Shown here: piece after piece, positions 1 to 9,898 of the stretch
Layout of the letters: every line of letters begins with the position of its first letter
Numbering within the stretch: position 1 is the first letter of the stretch
NCBI GenBank assembly: GCA_964389665.1
Contig: CAYMFC010000001.1
Coordinates: 1 to 59,292 of the forward strand
DNA length: 59,292 bases
Reading direction: 5' to 3'
From: an uncultured Desulfobacteraceae bacterium
Lineage (GTDB): Bacteria > Desulfobacterota > DSM-4660 > Desulfatiglandales > B25-G16
Made by a program: the position numbers and the translations under genes
The notes under the pieces: generated by a model
Told to the model about the DNA's origin: nothing
What the model saw: the letters and a program-made list of their open reading frames with translations, nothing else
The model's database searches: none

Positions 1-132
1 TTTGATATTAAAGCATTAATAGCTTAGTAAAATCATATCGCACCAGGGCGGGCACCAAGAAATCGAAATTTTTTCCTTTGTGCCTGCCCGCCATCGGCTT
101 CGCCTTAGGCGAGGCGGGCGGGTCTTGGTGAC

Positions 133-1353
133 TTAGTGGCCAGGCATTTCATAATCGGGCTTCTGTACCAAAAAGTATACATCCCCTCTGTGTTTGAGGT
201 GTCCTGCTGCTAGTTCCGCATAGGGATCGGTCCCCCAAAAAATATCGGCCCTTCCCGTTCCCTTTATCACCCCGCCGGTATCCTGATTCAAGAGAAACCG
301 AGAAAATGGAACCCACTCGAGTATTTCACCATCTTCTCCTACAATAGGCTTCTGGCAGCGAATATATACGAGGGCTCCCTTCGGGAACAGCCGGTTATCG
401 AGGGCTAGAGATCTTCCAGGCGTTAAAGGCACCCCGATATTACCCAGCGGGCCCTCATCGTCGAGCATTTCGAAAAATACATAGGAGGGGTTAACGTTCA
501 GTATCTCTTCCTTGATGTCAGGGTGCTCATTGAGAAAGGACCTGATCGTCTGAAGGGATAGATTTTCATCATCGATATATCCCTCATCTATCATGTACCT
601 TCCTATGCCCCTGTAGGGATGCCCATTTGATGCGCTATATCCAACCCTTATCATATTGCCATCGGGTAACCGAACTATGCCCGAGCCCTGAATCTGCAAT
701 ATGGCGAGATCGAGGGGATCCCTGAGCCAGGCTATCTCAAGATCCTTTCCCTCTAAGCTCTTTCCATGAACTATCTCTTCCCTGGTGTAATAAGGGATAA
801 GGCTCGTACCGTCGAGCCTCGCCATGATTCGCTCTCCGCAATATCGGGGCCGAAAGAGCCCGAGATTGATGCTCAATAGATCATCCGGTCTCTTGTGAAT
901 GGGGTATGCATACTGGGGATCGCACACCAGGCTTCCATCGAGGATAGGCTCATAGTAACCGGTAAAGAGGACCTTTCCATCCCTTCGTGAGCCTGCTGAC
1001 TTGTAGAGCATGAATTGGTTTCGCAATTCCCGATTCAATGCCTTGATATCTGGATTTTGTTGTATGAGGAGCTGGAAGGTCCTCATAGATCGTTTGATAT
1101 GGGAAACGGGAAATATATCCGGTCCAAAGGTAAGCGTTGCATCTTCATCAAGCCTGTCGTAGTATTTTAAACTTTGGTCTATGGCTATGGTCAGCGAATC
1201 GATGTCCATATCATCACAGAATTCCGGCCAGAAATATTTCACCTTCTTGAGTGCATCGGCGGGTTCTTTCACCCCCTTTTTGATAAATGGGTAGCAACTG
1301 CAGACGAGAAGGAGGATAATAACAAATATGAGATAGCGGTGAACCTTGCGCAT
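133..1353 (-). CDS. mltA: Membrane-bound lytic murein transglycosylase A (MltA family)
   Basis: 406-aa ORF with a hydrophobic leader ending in LLLVCSC. Carries MltA-type motifs 'FTGYYEP' and 'GSGIVRLPDG', and a C-terminal 3D-domain motif 'DTGGVIKGTGRADIFWG'. Confidence 0.85.
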   Translation of the reverse strand: MRKVHRYLIFVIILLLVCSCYPFIKKGVKEPADALKKVKYFWPEFCDDMDIDSLTIAIDQSLKYYDRLDEDATLTFGPDIFPVSHIKRSMRTFQLLIQQNPDIKALNRELRNQFMLYKSAGSRRDGKVLFTGYYEPILDGSLVCDPQYAYPIHKRPDDLLSINLGLFRPRYCGERIMARLDGTSLIPYYTREEIVHGKSLEGKDLEIAWLRDPLDLAILQIQGSGIVRLPDGNMIRVGYSASNGHPYRGIGRYMIDEGYIDDENLSLQTIRSFLNEHPDIKEEILNVNPSYVFFEMLDDEGPLGNIGVPLTPGRSLALDNRLFPKGALVYIRCQKPIVGEDGEILEWVPFSRFLLNQDTGGVIKGTGRADIFWGTDPYAELAAGHLKHRGDVYFLVQKPDYEMPGH

Positions 1354-1651
1354 ACCACAGATTGTAGTGGTAAATCCTACTCTAACACAAGAAAAAAATG
1401 AGAGATGTTCCTCAAACGATTATCACGTATCAGGCAGACACAGACCATGTGGGAAATATACCACGGTGGCTTAGCGTGGTTATTTGATGAAGGCATTGTT
1501 AATCTCCGGAATTACCGTAATTTCAAATAGTTACTTTATGGATGCATTGTTATAACACAATGTATTTTAGTGGCATGACATTTGCTTATAGTTACTGTAC
1601 TATAAGGCTTTGATTTACCGATAGCAATCAATCTATTTTCCAAGAAAGGTT

Positions 1652-2581
1652 ATGGATTCCAAACAGCGGACCGTAGGGCATGAGATTAGTTGTGCCGGCA
1701 TAGGGCTCCACTCCGGCAAGACAGTGGGTTTAACTATTAAGCCGGCGCCGGTTGATAGCGGCATTGTCTTTGAACGCATCGATATCCCCGGTGCAGGTAA
1801 GGTCAAGGCCTCCTTTGATAACGTCATTCAAACCAATATGGCTACTACTATTGGTGTGAACGGCTGCAGGATATCCACGGTAGAACATCTCATGGCTGCC
1901 CTTTTCGGCATGGGCATAGATAATGCGCTGATTCAGATCGACGGCGAAGAAGTCCCTATTATGGATGGAAGCTCAGGGCCCTTTGTCGCTCTGCTCGATA
2001 GGGCTGGCTTTGCAATACAGAACAGCTACAAGAGGTTCTTTCTGGTGAAGAAGCCGGTGAAGGTTACCGATGGCAACAGATCTATTCAGCTTCACCCATC
2101 GGATGAGCTGAGGATAAGCTACAGAATAGATTTCGATCATCCCTTGATCAAAGACCAGTCCTATGAGATGGCCTTCTCAAAAAACAGTTTCATACGTGAG
2201 ATTAGCAAAGCACGGACGTTTGGTTTTCTCAGAGATGTGCAAACCCTATGGGACAACGGACTCGCTAAAGGCGGTTCGCTGGAGAACGCAATCGTGGTAG
2301 ACGAGTCAGGGGTGCTCAATAATGACGGCCTGCGGTATAAAAACGAATTCGTGAGACATAAACTTCTCGATTTCATAGGAGACCTAGCGATCCTCGGCGC
2401 TACGGTAATCGGACACTTCGTGGTTGAGAGATCGGGGCATTCCTTCAATCAGGAATTGCTCAAGGCCTTTATGGCCCAGGAGAACTGCTGGGAGGAAATG
2501 CAATTCAACAATAACGAGGACTACGGCAAGCAAAATGTGAGGATACCATCCTTCGGGTTTCTCGGATTTGCCCCTACCTAA
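1652..2581 (+). CDS. lpxC: UDP-3-O-acyl-N-acetylglucosamine deacetylase
   Basis: 309 aa. Motifs 'QRTVGHEISCAGIGLHSGKTVGLTIKPAP', 'ISTVEHLMAAL' and 'HKLLDFIGDL' are characteristic of LpxC. Confidence 0.95.
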   Translation: MDSKQRTVGHEISCAGIGLHSGKTVGLTIKPAPVDSGIVFERIDIPGAGKVKASFDNVIQTNMATTIGVNGCRISTVEHLMAALFGMGIDNALIQIDGEEVPIMDGSSGPFVALLDRAGFAIQNSYKRFFLVKKPVKVTDGNRSIQLHPSDELRISYRIDFDHPLIKDQSYEMAFSKNSFIREISKARTFGFLRDVQTLWDNGLAKGGSLENAIVVDESGVLNNDGLRYKNEFVRHKLLDFIGDLAILGATVIGHFVVERSGHSFNQELLKAFMAQENCWEEMQFNNNEDYGKQNVRIPSFGFLGFAPT

Positions 2582-2768
2582 TGAAAAGGTCAAAGCGGCA
2601 ACGCTCCATTTGGCCCCACAGATCACTCCAATTATTCCCCATTCCGAACAAATACATTACCGACTAATCAGTTTCATTAAGCCTTGCATTCATCCTGTCT
2701 TTTTTCTATGATGTCAAAGATATGGCAATATCGGCACTGCTAAGTCGGGAGGCGGAATTTCATCAATT

Positions 2769-3335
2769 ATGCTCCGAAAGTTCATCTATTTCATCGTGGT
2801 TCTATTGCTTCTATCTTTTTTTCTTCCGGGACTCTCCTCAGCAAGGGAAGCTCGCCTTGACGATATAATCGTCACGAACACCAAGGAGCATCTCATTGTG
2901 TACTTCAATGTGGAGGACTGCTTCACCGAGGATATGAACAGGGCAATCATGAACGGGATTCCAGCGAAGTTTACCTTCATCGTAAAGCTCTATGAGGTGC
3001 GAAATGTGTGGTTTGATAGAAAGATAGCCGATATCAGGATCACCCACAAGGTAGAGTACAATACCTTGAAAAATGAGTTTACCGTGTTCTTTCAGGAATA
3101 TAATTATAAAAAGATTATCACCAAAGATGCCGATGAAGCAAATAAATTGATGGCCGAAGTCGTGGCTTTACAGGTAGCCAGGCTTGATACATTAAAGCGA
3201 GGTTCTCATTACCAGCTGCGTTTGAAGGCGGAACTGGATAAGATCGAGTTGCCTTTGAACCTGGACTACGTGCTATTCTTTCTCTCCTTATGGGATTTTG
3301 AGACGGACTGGTATTCCGTGGTGTTCAAGTATTGA
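2769..3335 (+). CDS. DUF4390-like exported protein (partner of the NtrY-type kinase)
   Basis: 188 aa with an N-terminal signal-like segment. Its stop overlaps the start of the downstream sensor kinase, which is the usual DUF4390-NtrY arrangement as I recall it. No search was run. Confidence 0.6.
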   Translation: MLRKFIYFIVVLLLLSFFLPGLSSAREARLDDIIVTNTKEHLIVYFNVEDCFTEDMNRAIMNGIPAKFTFIVKLYEVRNVWFDRKIADIRITHKVEYNTLKNEFTVFFQEYNYKKIITKDADEANKLMAEVVALQVARLDTLKRGSHYQLRLKAELDKIELPLNLDYVLFFLSLWDFETDWYSVVFKY

Positions 3336-5572
3336 GAGAAATGGAAAAAAGCCCTAACACAAGAAGCCAGGACCAGAAAAGGCGCAGGCGAGAGATTGTC
3401 ACCATCGGCATTGTCCTGCCTATCGTCATCCTGTTGACCTACCTAGGGACCAAGGTATTGGATCTTGGCATTGAGCTGCCGATTGCCGACAGCATCCTTA
3501 TCTTTGCCCTGATAAACATCAATGTCATACTCGTCCTCGTTCTGCTTTACTTGACTATGCGGAATCTGGTAAAGCTCGTCTTCGAGAGGAAAAAGAAGTT
3601 TATGGGTTCAGGCCTTCGGGCCAAGCTCGTGTTCGCTTTTGTTATCCTCTCGTTGCTCCCAACGATCATCATCTTCTTCGTCTCAGTGCAGTTTATCTTT
3701 TTATCCATCGACTATTGGTTTAACCTTGAAATCGAACAGTCCCTTCAGAAATCCCTGGAGGTGGGCGAGGATTACTACAACAGAATAGGCGATGAGGTCC
3801 TGGGTTTTGGCAATACGTTGAGCTCTGTAATAACCCACGAGGGATACATGTTACAGGCAAAGACGGATGTATTACAGGCCTTTATTGACGAGAAGCGAAA
3901 GGAGTATAAACTAGCTGCCATTCAGATCTTCTCATCGAATTTGATTTCACGGGCCTCCTCCTTTGATAACACGGTTAATCTAAGGCCCTTCAAGGAACTG
4001 GACACCGAGGTGCTCCGCAAGAGTTTCAAGGATTCTACGGACATAAAGCTCATCCAAGCATCCTCACATGGGGATTTGGTGAGGGGTATCGTTCCTGTTT
4101 TCTCTCGAACCGAGACAAAGGCCCAGGTAGGAGCAATAGTCATTGCGAAATTCGTTCCCGGAGTCATACTGACGAGGCTTGCCACAATCAATGATGGCTT
4201 GCAGGGATATAGGCAACTGAAGATGCTCAAGGGGCCCATAAAGCTGAGCCACCTGATCACCCTATCCATCGTGACGCTTCTCGTCATTTTCTCCGCCATT
4301 TGGTTCGGATTTTATTTGTCCAAGGGCATCACCGTACCAATAGAAGAACTCGCCAAGGCCACTGAAAGGATTGCCTCTGGTGATTATAGCTTTACTATAG
4401 CCCTCCATTCAAAGGATGAGATGGGCATTCTGGTAGAATCCTTCAACAGGATGACAAAGGATCTCAAGGAGGGCAAAAGAAAACTCGATTCCGTGAATAG
4501 GGACATGATAAAGAGCAAAAGAGAGGCCGACCAACGGCGTGTCTACACCGAGACGATTTTGGAAAATGTGGCTGCTGGCGTGATATCCGCTGATTCTCAC
4601 GGGGTGATTACCACGATAAATAAGTCAGCGGAAAAGATGCTTAATATCTCCGGGAAGGATATCATAGGAAAGAATTATCAGGATATCCTGGGACATGCAT
4701 ACCGTTCGGTTATCAGCGGATTCATGGCTGATAGGGGTCTCTTTAAGAAAGGATTCTTCCAGAGGGAGATAAGTCTCACCCTAAAGGGTCGCTCACTAAA
4801 ACTTCTCGTCTCATTGAATGTCCTGACCGATGAGCAAAATAGGTATCTCGGCCTCGTCGCGGTGTTCGAGGATCTGAGTGAACTCGAGAAGGCGCAGAGA
4901 TTGGCTGCATGGAGAGAGATAGCCAGACGCATTGCCCATGAGGTCAAAAATCCGTTAACCCCAATTCAACTTTCCGCACAGAGACTCAGAAAGAAGTACA
5001 GAGAACGGTTAGCCGGGGAAGATGGCCGTGTGTTTGATGAATGCACGAGATTGATCATAGATAACGTTGAGGAAATAAAGGTATTGGTAAATGAGTTTTC
5101 CAACTTTGCCCGTATGCCGGCTTCACGCCTCGTATCCAACAACATAAAGCCCATCATAGAGGATGCGCTGCTGCTTTATAAGGACACGCATAAGAACATT
5201 ACGTTCAGCTTCCTTGACAATGACGATATCCCCATCTTACAATTTGATAGGGAACAGATAAAAAGGGTAATGATAAACCTCTTGGATAATGCTGTAGCCG
5301 CAATATCCGAGAAGGGCAAAATCACAGTCACCCTTGTTTATGATAAAGCATCGAGGGCTGTGAGGATTGAGGTCATAGACACCGGCGTGGGAATCCCTGA
5401 CGCGGATAAGGATAGGCTTTTCGAGCCATATTTCTCCACCAAGAGATCCGGCACGGGATTAGGCCTCACCATAGCGAATACGATTGTGAGCGAACACAAG
5501 GGATTCATTAGGGTTGAGGACAACAAACCAAAAGGCACAAAGTTTATAATTGAGCTGCCCGTCAAGGCATAA
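3332..5572 (+). CDS. NtrY-like sensor histidine kinase (TM-HAMP-PAS-HisKA-HATPase)
   Basis: 746 aa. Has N-terminal TM helices, a HAMP-like segment ('ITVPIEELAKATERIASGDY'), a PAS segment ('ILENVAAGVIS'), the H-box 'RIAHEVKNPLTPI', and ATPase boxes 'DTGVGI' and 'GTGLGL'. The start may be the ATG at 3341. No response regulator lies adjacent. Confidence 0.85.
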   Translation: MREMEKSPNTRSQDQKRRRREIVTIGIVLPIVILLTYLGTKVLDLGIELPIADSILIFALININVILVLVLLYLTMRNLVKLVFERKKKFMGSGLRAKLVFAFVILSLLPTIIIFFVSVQFIFLSIDYWFNLEIEQSLQKSLEVGEDYYNRIGDEVLGFGNTLSSVITHEGYMLQAKTDVLQAFIDEKRKEYKLAAIQIFSSNLISRASSFDNTVNLRPFKELDTEVLRKSFKDSTDIKLIQASSHGDLVRGIVPVFSRTETKAQVGAIVIAKFVPGVILTRLATINDGLQGYRQLKMLKGPIKLSHLITLSIVTLLVIFSAIWFGFYLSKGITVPIEELAKATERIASGDYSFTIALHSKDEMGILVESFNRMTKDLKEGKRKLDSVNRDMIKSKREADQRRVYTETILENVAAGVISADSHGVITTINKSAEKMLNISGKDIIGKNYQDILGHAYRSVISGFMADRGLFKKGFFQREISLTLKGRSLKLLVSLNVLTDEQNRYLGLVAVFEDLSELEKAQRLAAWREIARRIAHEVKNPLTPIQLSAQRLRKKYRERLAGEDGRVFDECTRLIIDNVEEIKVLVNEFSNFARMPASRLVSNNIKPIIEDALLLYKDTHKNITFSFLDNDDIPILQFDREQIKRVMINLLDNAVAAISEKGKITVTLVYDKASRAVRIEVIDTGVGIPDADKDRLFEPYFSTKRSGTGLGLTIANTIVSEHKGFIRVEDNKPKGTKFIIELPVKA

Positions 5573-5643
5573 ACTCGTTGCTCGTTGCACATTCCTCGTT
5601 TCGAGTTGACGGGTAACGAATAACAAGAGACGAGTAACGAGCA

Positions 5644-6909
5644 ATGCTTCTTTTCTACCATCTTTTTATTACCATCACTCTTACCATTTTATTTCCTTTG
5701 CTCTATCCCTTGAAGAATAGATTTCGATTAGGTGAATGGCTTGGGCTAGAATTTCCAAACCTGGGTCACCCAGCTCAGAAGAGGCTATGGGTTCATGCCC
5801 TCTCAGTCGGGGAGGTGCTTTCCTCAATTCCATTACTCGAGGCCTTGAAACGGGAATATCCATCCAGAGAGCTCGCGCTTTCCGTCAAAACGGCAACCGG
5901 CTTAAAGATTGCACGGGAAAAGATTGGGCAGATCATCGATTATGTACTACCCATGCCCTTTGACTTCTGGTGGTCTTCGAGAAGGATCATGAATACCATA
6001 CAACCAGGGCTGTTTATCCTTGTGGAAACGGACATCTGGCCCGGACTCATTGCAATGCTTAAGAAAAGGGGAATCAAGACAATCCTTGTGAACGGAAGAA
6101 TTTCCCCTCGTACGGAGAGATCCTATGCGAGGTGGCGATTCTTCATGAAACGGGTCCTAGGCGAATTAGAGGTGTGCCTCGTTCAAACGGAAATCGATAG
6201 ACAGCGGATTATGAAAGGCGGGCTGCCTTCGCACAGGATCAAGGTCACCGGTAACATCAAGTTTGATAGAACATGGAGCTCTATGACGTATGCGGACCGC
6301 CAGAGCAGGCGCGCGCTCTTCGGGCTCAAGGATTGCCCGACTTGGATAGCGGGGAGCACACATTATCCCGAAGAGGTGAGTATACTCAGTGTATTCAGGA
6401 AACTTCTTCATGAATTCCCAAATCTGGCCCTTATCATCGCGCCGAGAGATGCGAGGAGGTTTGACGAGGTCTACGAGCTTGCCCGAGGAAATGGATTCAA
6501 GGTCATTCGAAGGACTGAACTGCCCGCAGAGAAACATGGATGTAGTGTTATTATCCTTGATACGCTTGGGGAATTGGGGCGGGTGTACGGACTCGCGGAT
6601 GTTGCCTTTGTGGGGGGGAGCCTCGTGAAAAAGGGAGGCCACAATCTACTGGAGCCGGCTTCCTTCGGCGTACCTGTTCTTTTTGGCCCCCATACGTACA
6701 ATTTCTCAACCATGTCACAATTACTAATCAGAGCTGGGGGTGGAAGGGCCGTTGCCGATGAGCACGAGTTACTTCGGACTATGACCGATCTCTTGGGGGA
6801 TAGAGGAGAGAGGGAATGGATGGGAAAAAGGGCTCAGGAATTCGTGCAGCACAATCAGGGTGCGCTGGTCAGGGTAATGGAGACACTGAAGCCTTACATT
6901 GAAATGTGA
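5644..6909 (+). CDS. waaA: 3-deoxy-D-manno-octulosonic acid (Kdo) transferase
   Basis: 421 aa. The motifs 'WVHALSVGE' and 'GGHNLLEPA' and the overall GT-B layout are typical of WaaA/KdtA. Confidence 0.9.
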   Translation: MLLFYHLFITITLTILFPLLYPLKNRFRLGEWLGLEFPNLGHPAQKRLWVHALSVGEVLSSIPLLEALKREYPSRELALSVKTATGLKIAREKIGQIIDYVLPMPFDFWWSSRRIMNTIQPGLFILVETDIWPGLIAMLKKRGIKTILVNGRISPRTERSYARWRFFMKRVLGELEVCLVQTEIDRQRIMKGGLPSHRIKVTGNIKFDRTWSSMTYADRQSRRALFGLKDCPTWIAGSTHYPEEVSILSVFRKLLHEFPNLALIIAPRDARRFDEVYELARGNGFKVIRRTELPAEKHGCSVIILDTLGELGRVYGLADVAFVGGSLVKKGGHNLLEPASFGVPVLFGPHTYNFSTMSQLLIRAGGGRAVADEHELLRTMTDLLGDRGEREWMGKRAQEFVQHNQGALVRVMETLKPYIEM

Positions 6910-6921
6910 GGTATACCTAAA

Positions 6922-8061
6922 GTGCCTATCGTAATAAAAAAAAATAGAATTACCTGGTCGGCACGACACCAGAAAAGGGAGTGGAATTTTCTCTCATTGT
7001 TCCTGGGGTTTCTTTCTCTTCTTTATTCAGCAGCCGTAATGCTCCGGCTTCTTGCATATCGCAAGGGCCTATTGAAGGCCAAGTCCCTGCCTGCCTTTGT
7101 CGTGAGCATAGGGAATATCACCGCAGGAGGAACGGGCAAGACCCCTTTTGTCGCCATGCTTTCGGAATGGGCAGCACAGGGTGGCTTGCGCACTGCTATC
7201 CTCTCGCGGGGATATAAGAGCAAGTCGAAACTGAAATCCCTTGTTGTCTCTGATGGAAAAGGGCAGATCTCATCGGTATACGATGCGGGAGATGAACCAA
7301 TACTGCTCGCCAAAAAGTTTCCCTTTACGCCGGTATTGATATCGAAGGACAGATATGCAATAGGAGATATGGCCCTGAGGCTGTTCAACTCTGAGTTATT
7401 GTTATTAGACGACGGCTACCAGCACCTCTCGCTCCATAGGGATCTCAACGTCCTTCTTATAGACGCAAAGAGGAAGTTCGGCAATGGATCATTGCTGCCC
7501 CTTGGTCCATTGCGGGAGCCTTTTGAGGAGATAAAGAGGGCGGATCTCATCGTCGTAAGCAGGTGTAGTGAGCAGAACCGTGGAGATGAGCTCGTCGAGC
7601 TCGTAAAGGAAACCGTTGCTGGTAAGCCGGTGCTCCGCTCCTGCCATCTTGCCGATGAGGTGCTCTTCCCGCAAACCGGTGAGGCCCATCTACCTCAAAT
7701 TCTAGAAGGAAAGAATGTAATGGCCTTTGCCGGTATAGCACATCCGGATGACTTTCTCGAGATGATCACAGTGCTCGGCGCACATGTGGTGAAGTTTATG
7801 TGGTACCCCGACCATCACTCTTACGTCAATAGAGACTTCGAGGTGCTTGCGTCGTGGAGCAGGAGACCGGAGGTCGACTTTTTATTGACCACGGAGAAGG
7901 ACTGGGTAAGGATTGAGGAGACAGTTGGCGGTGATCTGAATATCGCCGTACTTACGATCAAGATAGGTCTTCTCGATGATGGCCATATCCTTTTCGATCT
8001 CATAGGAAAGGGAATTCGAGCACGAAGGGGTTTGTCGGATGCAGGTCAGGTCAAGGAATGA
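6922..8061 (+). CDS. lpxK: Tetraacyldisaccharide 4'-kinase
   Basis: 379 aa with N-terminal TM segment, P-loop 'GNITAGGTGKTP' and 'DDGYQH' motif. GTG start. Confidence 0.9.
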   Translation: MPIVIKKNRITWSARHQKREWNFLSLFLGFLSLLYSAAVMLRLLAYRKGLLKAKSLPAFVVSIGNITAGGTGKTPFVAMLSEWAAQGGLRTAILSRGYKSKSKLKSLVVSDGKGQISSVYDAGDEPILLAKKFPFTPVLISKDRYAIGDMALRLFNSELLLLDDGYQHLSLHRDLNVLLIDAKRKFGNGSLLPLGPLREPFEEIKRADLIVVSRCSEQNRGDELVELVKETVAGKPVLRSCHLADEVLFPQTGEAHLPQILEGKNVMAFAGIAHPDDFLEMITVLGAHVVKFMWYPDHHSYVNRDFEVLASWSRRPEVDFLLTTEKDWVRIEETVGGDLNIAVLTIKIGLLDDGHILFDLIGKGIRARRGLSDAGQVKE

Positions 8062-9112
8062 GATACCAGCCGGAGAAGTGGAAAAGATCCTGGTGAGGGC
8101 TCCCAACTGGGTTGGGGATGCGGTACTGACTACCCCGTGCCTGGCGGCATTGAGGAAGGCGTTCCCCCATGCCCAGATCACGGTTCTCGCGAATCCCTGG
8201 GTCCTGCCGCTCATCGTGAATCATCCTGCTATTGATAGAACGATGGTCATCGACAAGGGCAAGGGCCTCGTTCGTTCCACCAGGGAGTTGATCAGGATTA
8301 TATCGCATTTGAGAAACGAGAGGTTTGACCTAGCAGTGCTGTTTCAGAATGCCTTTGAGGCAGCAGTTCTGGCATCCACAGGAGGGGCGAGATACAGGAT
8401 CGGCTATAATACCGATGGGAGAGGATTTCTGTTGACCCACAAAGTGGTGCGCGATGGCCACATTCTGGAGGCACACCAAGTAGAGTACTATCTAGGCCTT
8501 ATTGAGGCCATGGGTTGGCGCGCGGAGAACAGGGAGCCGAGCCTGTTTCTCAATGACGGTGATATCGAGTCGGCCTCTAGGATGCTCTCCTCATACGGTA
8601 TCGCAAACTACCATTTTATCCTGGGGTTCAATCCAGGCGCTGCCTATGGATCGGCCAAGAGGTGGCCTGAAGAGAGATTCGCGGTCATCGGTGATTGGGC
8701 GGCCGAGAGATGGAACGCCAAGGTGATGCTGTTTGGTTCCTCCGCAGAGAGAGACATAGGTCTCAGGATCTCACAGCGCATGCACCATACCCCCATAAAT
8801 CTCTGCGGCCTCACCACCCTAGGTCAGGCCATGGCATTGATCAAGAGGTGCAATCTCTTTCTCACCAATGATAGTGGGCTCATGCACATCGCAGCCGCCT
8901 TTGACGTGCCCCTGGTGGCCATCTTTGGCCCCACCAACCATGTTACCACCGGGCCGAGGAGTGAAAACGCCGCCATTGTACGGCACGACTTTGACTGTAG
9001 CCCTTGCTTGAAGGAGGTCTGCCCATTAGATCACCAATGTATGCTCTCCATAGAGCCCAAAGAGGTATGGGAGGAGATGGATCGGCTTAAGAGGGTTGCA
9101 CATCTAACGTAA
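8039..9112 (+). CDS. GT9 ADP-heptose:LPS heptosyltransferase (WaaF-like)
   Basis: 357 aa with GT9 signatures 'ILVRAPNWVGDAV' and 'NDSGLMHIAAA'. The start is uncertain because the ORF overlaps the lpxK 3' end by 23 nt. Confidence 0.8.
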   Translation: MQVRSRNEIPAGEVEKILVRAPNWVGDAVLTTPCLAALRKAFPHAQITVLANPWVLPLIVNHPAIDRTMVIDKGKGLVRSTRELIRIISHLRNERFDLAVLFQNAFEAAVLASTGGARYRIGYNTDGRGFLLTHKVVRDGHILEAHQVEYYLGLIEAMGWRAENREPSLFLNDGDIESASRMLSSYGIANYHFILGFNPGAAYGSAKRWPEERFAVIGDWAAERWNAKVMLFGSSAERDIGLRISQRMHHTPINLCGLTTLGQAMALIKRCNLFLTNDSGLMHIAAAFDVPLVAIFGPTNHVTTGPRSENAAIVRHDFDCSPCLKEVCPLDHQCMLSIEPKEVWEEMDRLKRVAHLT

Positions 9113-9120
9113 CTATTCAG

Positions 9121-9274
9121 CCACCAAGACACAAAGACCCAAAGAGGGGATGAATAGAAATTGAATAACGGGCTTTTTCATGAATGAGTCCTAGGATCAT
9201 TCATTTCAATCTTTCACGCATTAATGAGCCCCAGACGCATGAAGAATGATTATATATTCTTGGTGTCTTCGTGG
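9121..9274. repeat. Nested inverted-repeat element in the waaF-gmhB spacer
   Basis: Outer arms 'ccaccaagacac' (9121-9132) and 'gtgtcttcgtgg' (9263-9274) match 11 of 12. A central near-perfect palindrome 'atgaatga g tcctagga tcattcat' lies at 9180-9204. Confidence 0.6.
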
Positions 9275-9324
9275 CAAGATGCCGGAACAGATGCAATCTA
9301 CCATGTAAAATGCAAGATTGAAGG

Positions 9325-9897
9325 ATGAAGCCTGCAGTATTTATCGATAGGGACGGGACGATCAACGAGCAGCGGGGCTATATAAACCATATCAGCCGAT
9401 TCGTGCTGTTGCCGGGGGTGGGAGAAGCCATATCGCTCTTGAACCAGCACAACCGACTTGTGCTGATTACCTCGAATCAGTCGGGCGTTGCCAGGGGATA
9501 CTTTCCCATAGAGCTTGTCCACGAGACACATGATTATATGAAAAGGCAGCTGGAAAAAGACAATGCCCGCGTGGACGGGATTTACTTCTGTCCTCACCAT
9601 CCCGATGGAAAGATTTTGGAGTATAAAAGTTCATGCAGGTGCAGAAAACCCGGTACCGGCCTCATAGAGATGGCAAGGGCGGAGTTCGATATCGATATAG
9701 GTCGATCATGTGTGATCGGTGACCGATGGCTCGATATCATCTTTGCCCATAACGCACATCTCCCTGGCATCCTGGTGCTGACAGGCTATGGTATGGGTGA
9801 GCGGGAGTATGTGGCCCCTCCGGAGGGGATTGTGCCCGCATACATCGCGGAGAATCTGCTGGAGGCCGTGCATTGGCTTTTGAGGCAAGACAGGTAA
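9325..9897 (+). CDS. gmhB: D-glycero-D-manno-heptose 1,7-bisphosphate phosphatase (HAD family)
   Basis: 190 aa with HAD motif I 'FIDRDGTIN', a 'CPHHP..C.CRKPGTG' Zn/phosphatase segment and 'IGDRWLD'. Confidence 0.85.
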   Translation: MKPAVFIDRDGTINEQRGYINHISRFVLLPGVGEAISLLNQHNRLVLITSNQSGVARGYFPIELVHETHDYMKRQLEKDNARVDGIYFCPHHPDGKILEYKSSCRCRKPGTGLIEMARAEFDIDIGRSCVIGDRWLDIIFAHNAHLPGILVLTGYGMGEREYVAPPEGIVPAYIAENLLEAVHWLLRQDR

Positions 9898-9898
9898 C

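Noticed and set aside
5573-5643. Short inverted repeats ('ttgctcgtt' with 'aacgagcaa') between the kinase gene and waaA
   Set aside because: The stems are short and no T-tract follows, so this cannot be told apart from chance or a weak structure.
6907-6924. waaA and lpxK are in the same reading frame, separated only by TGA plus four codons (possible readthrough fusion)
   Set aside because: A shared frame is expected by chance one time in three. lpxK has its own GTG start and an N-terminal TM segment. TGA is a normal stop in this window. There is no recoding signal.
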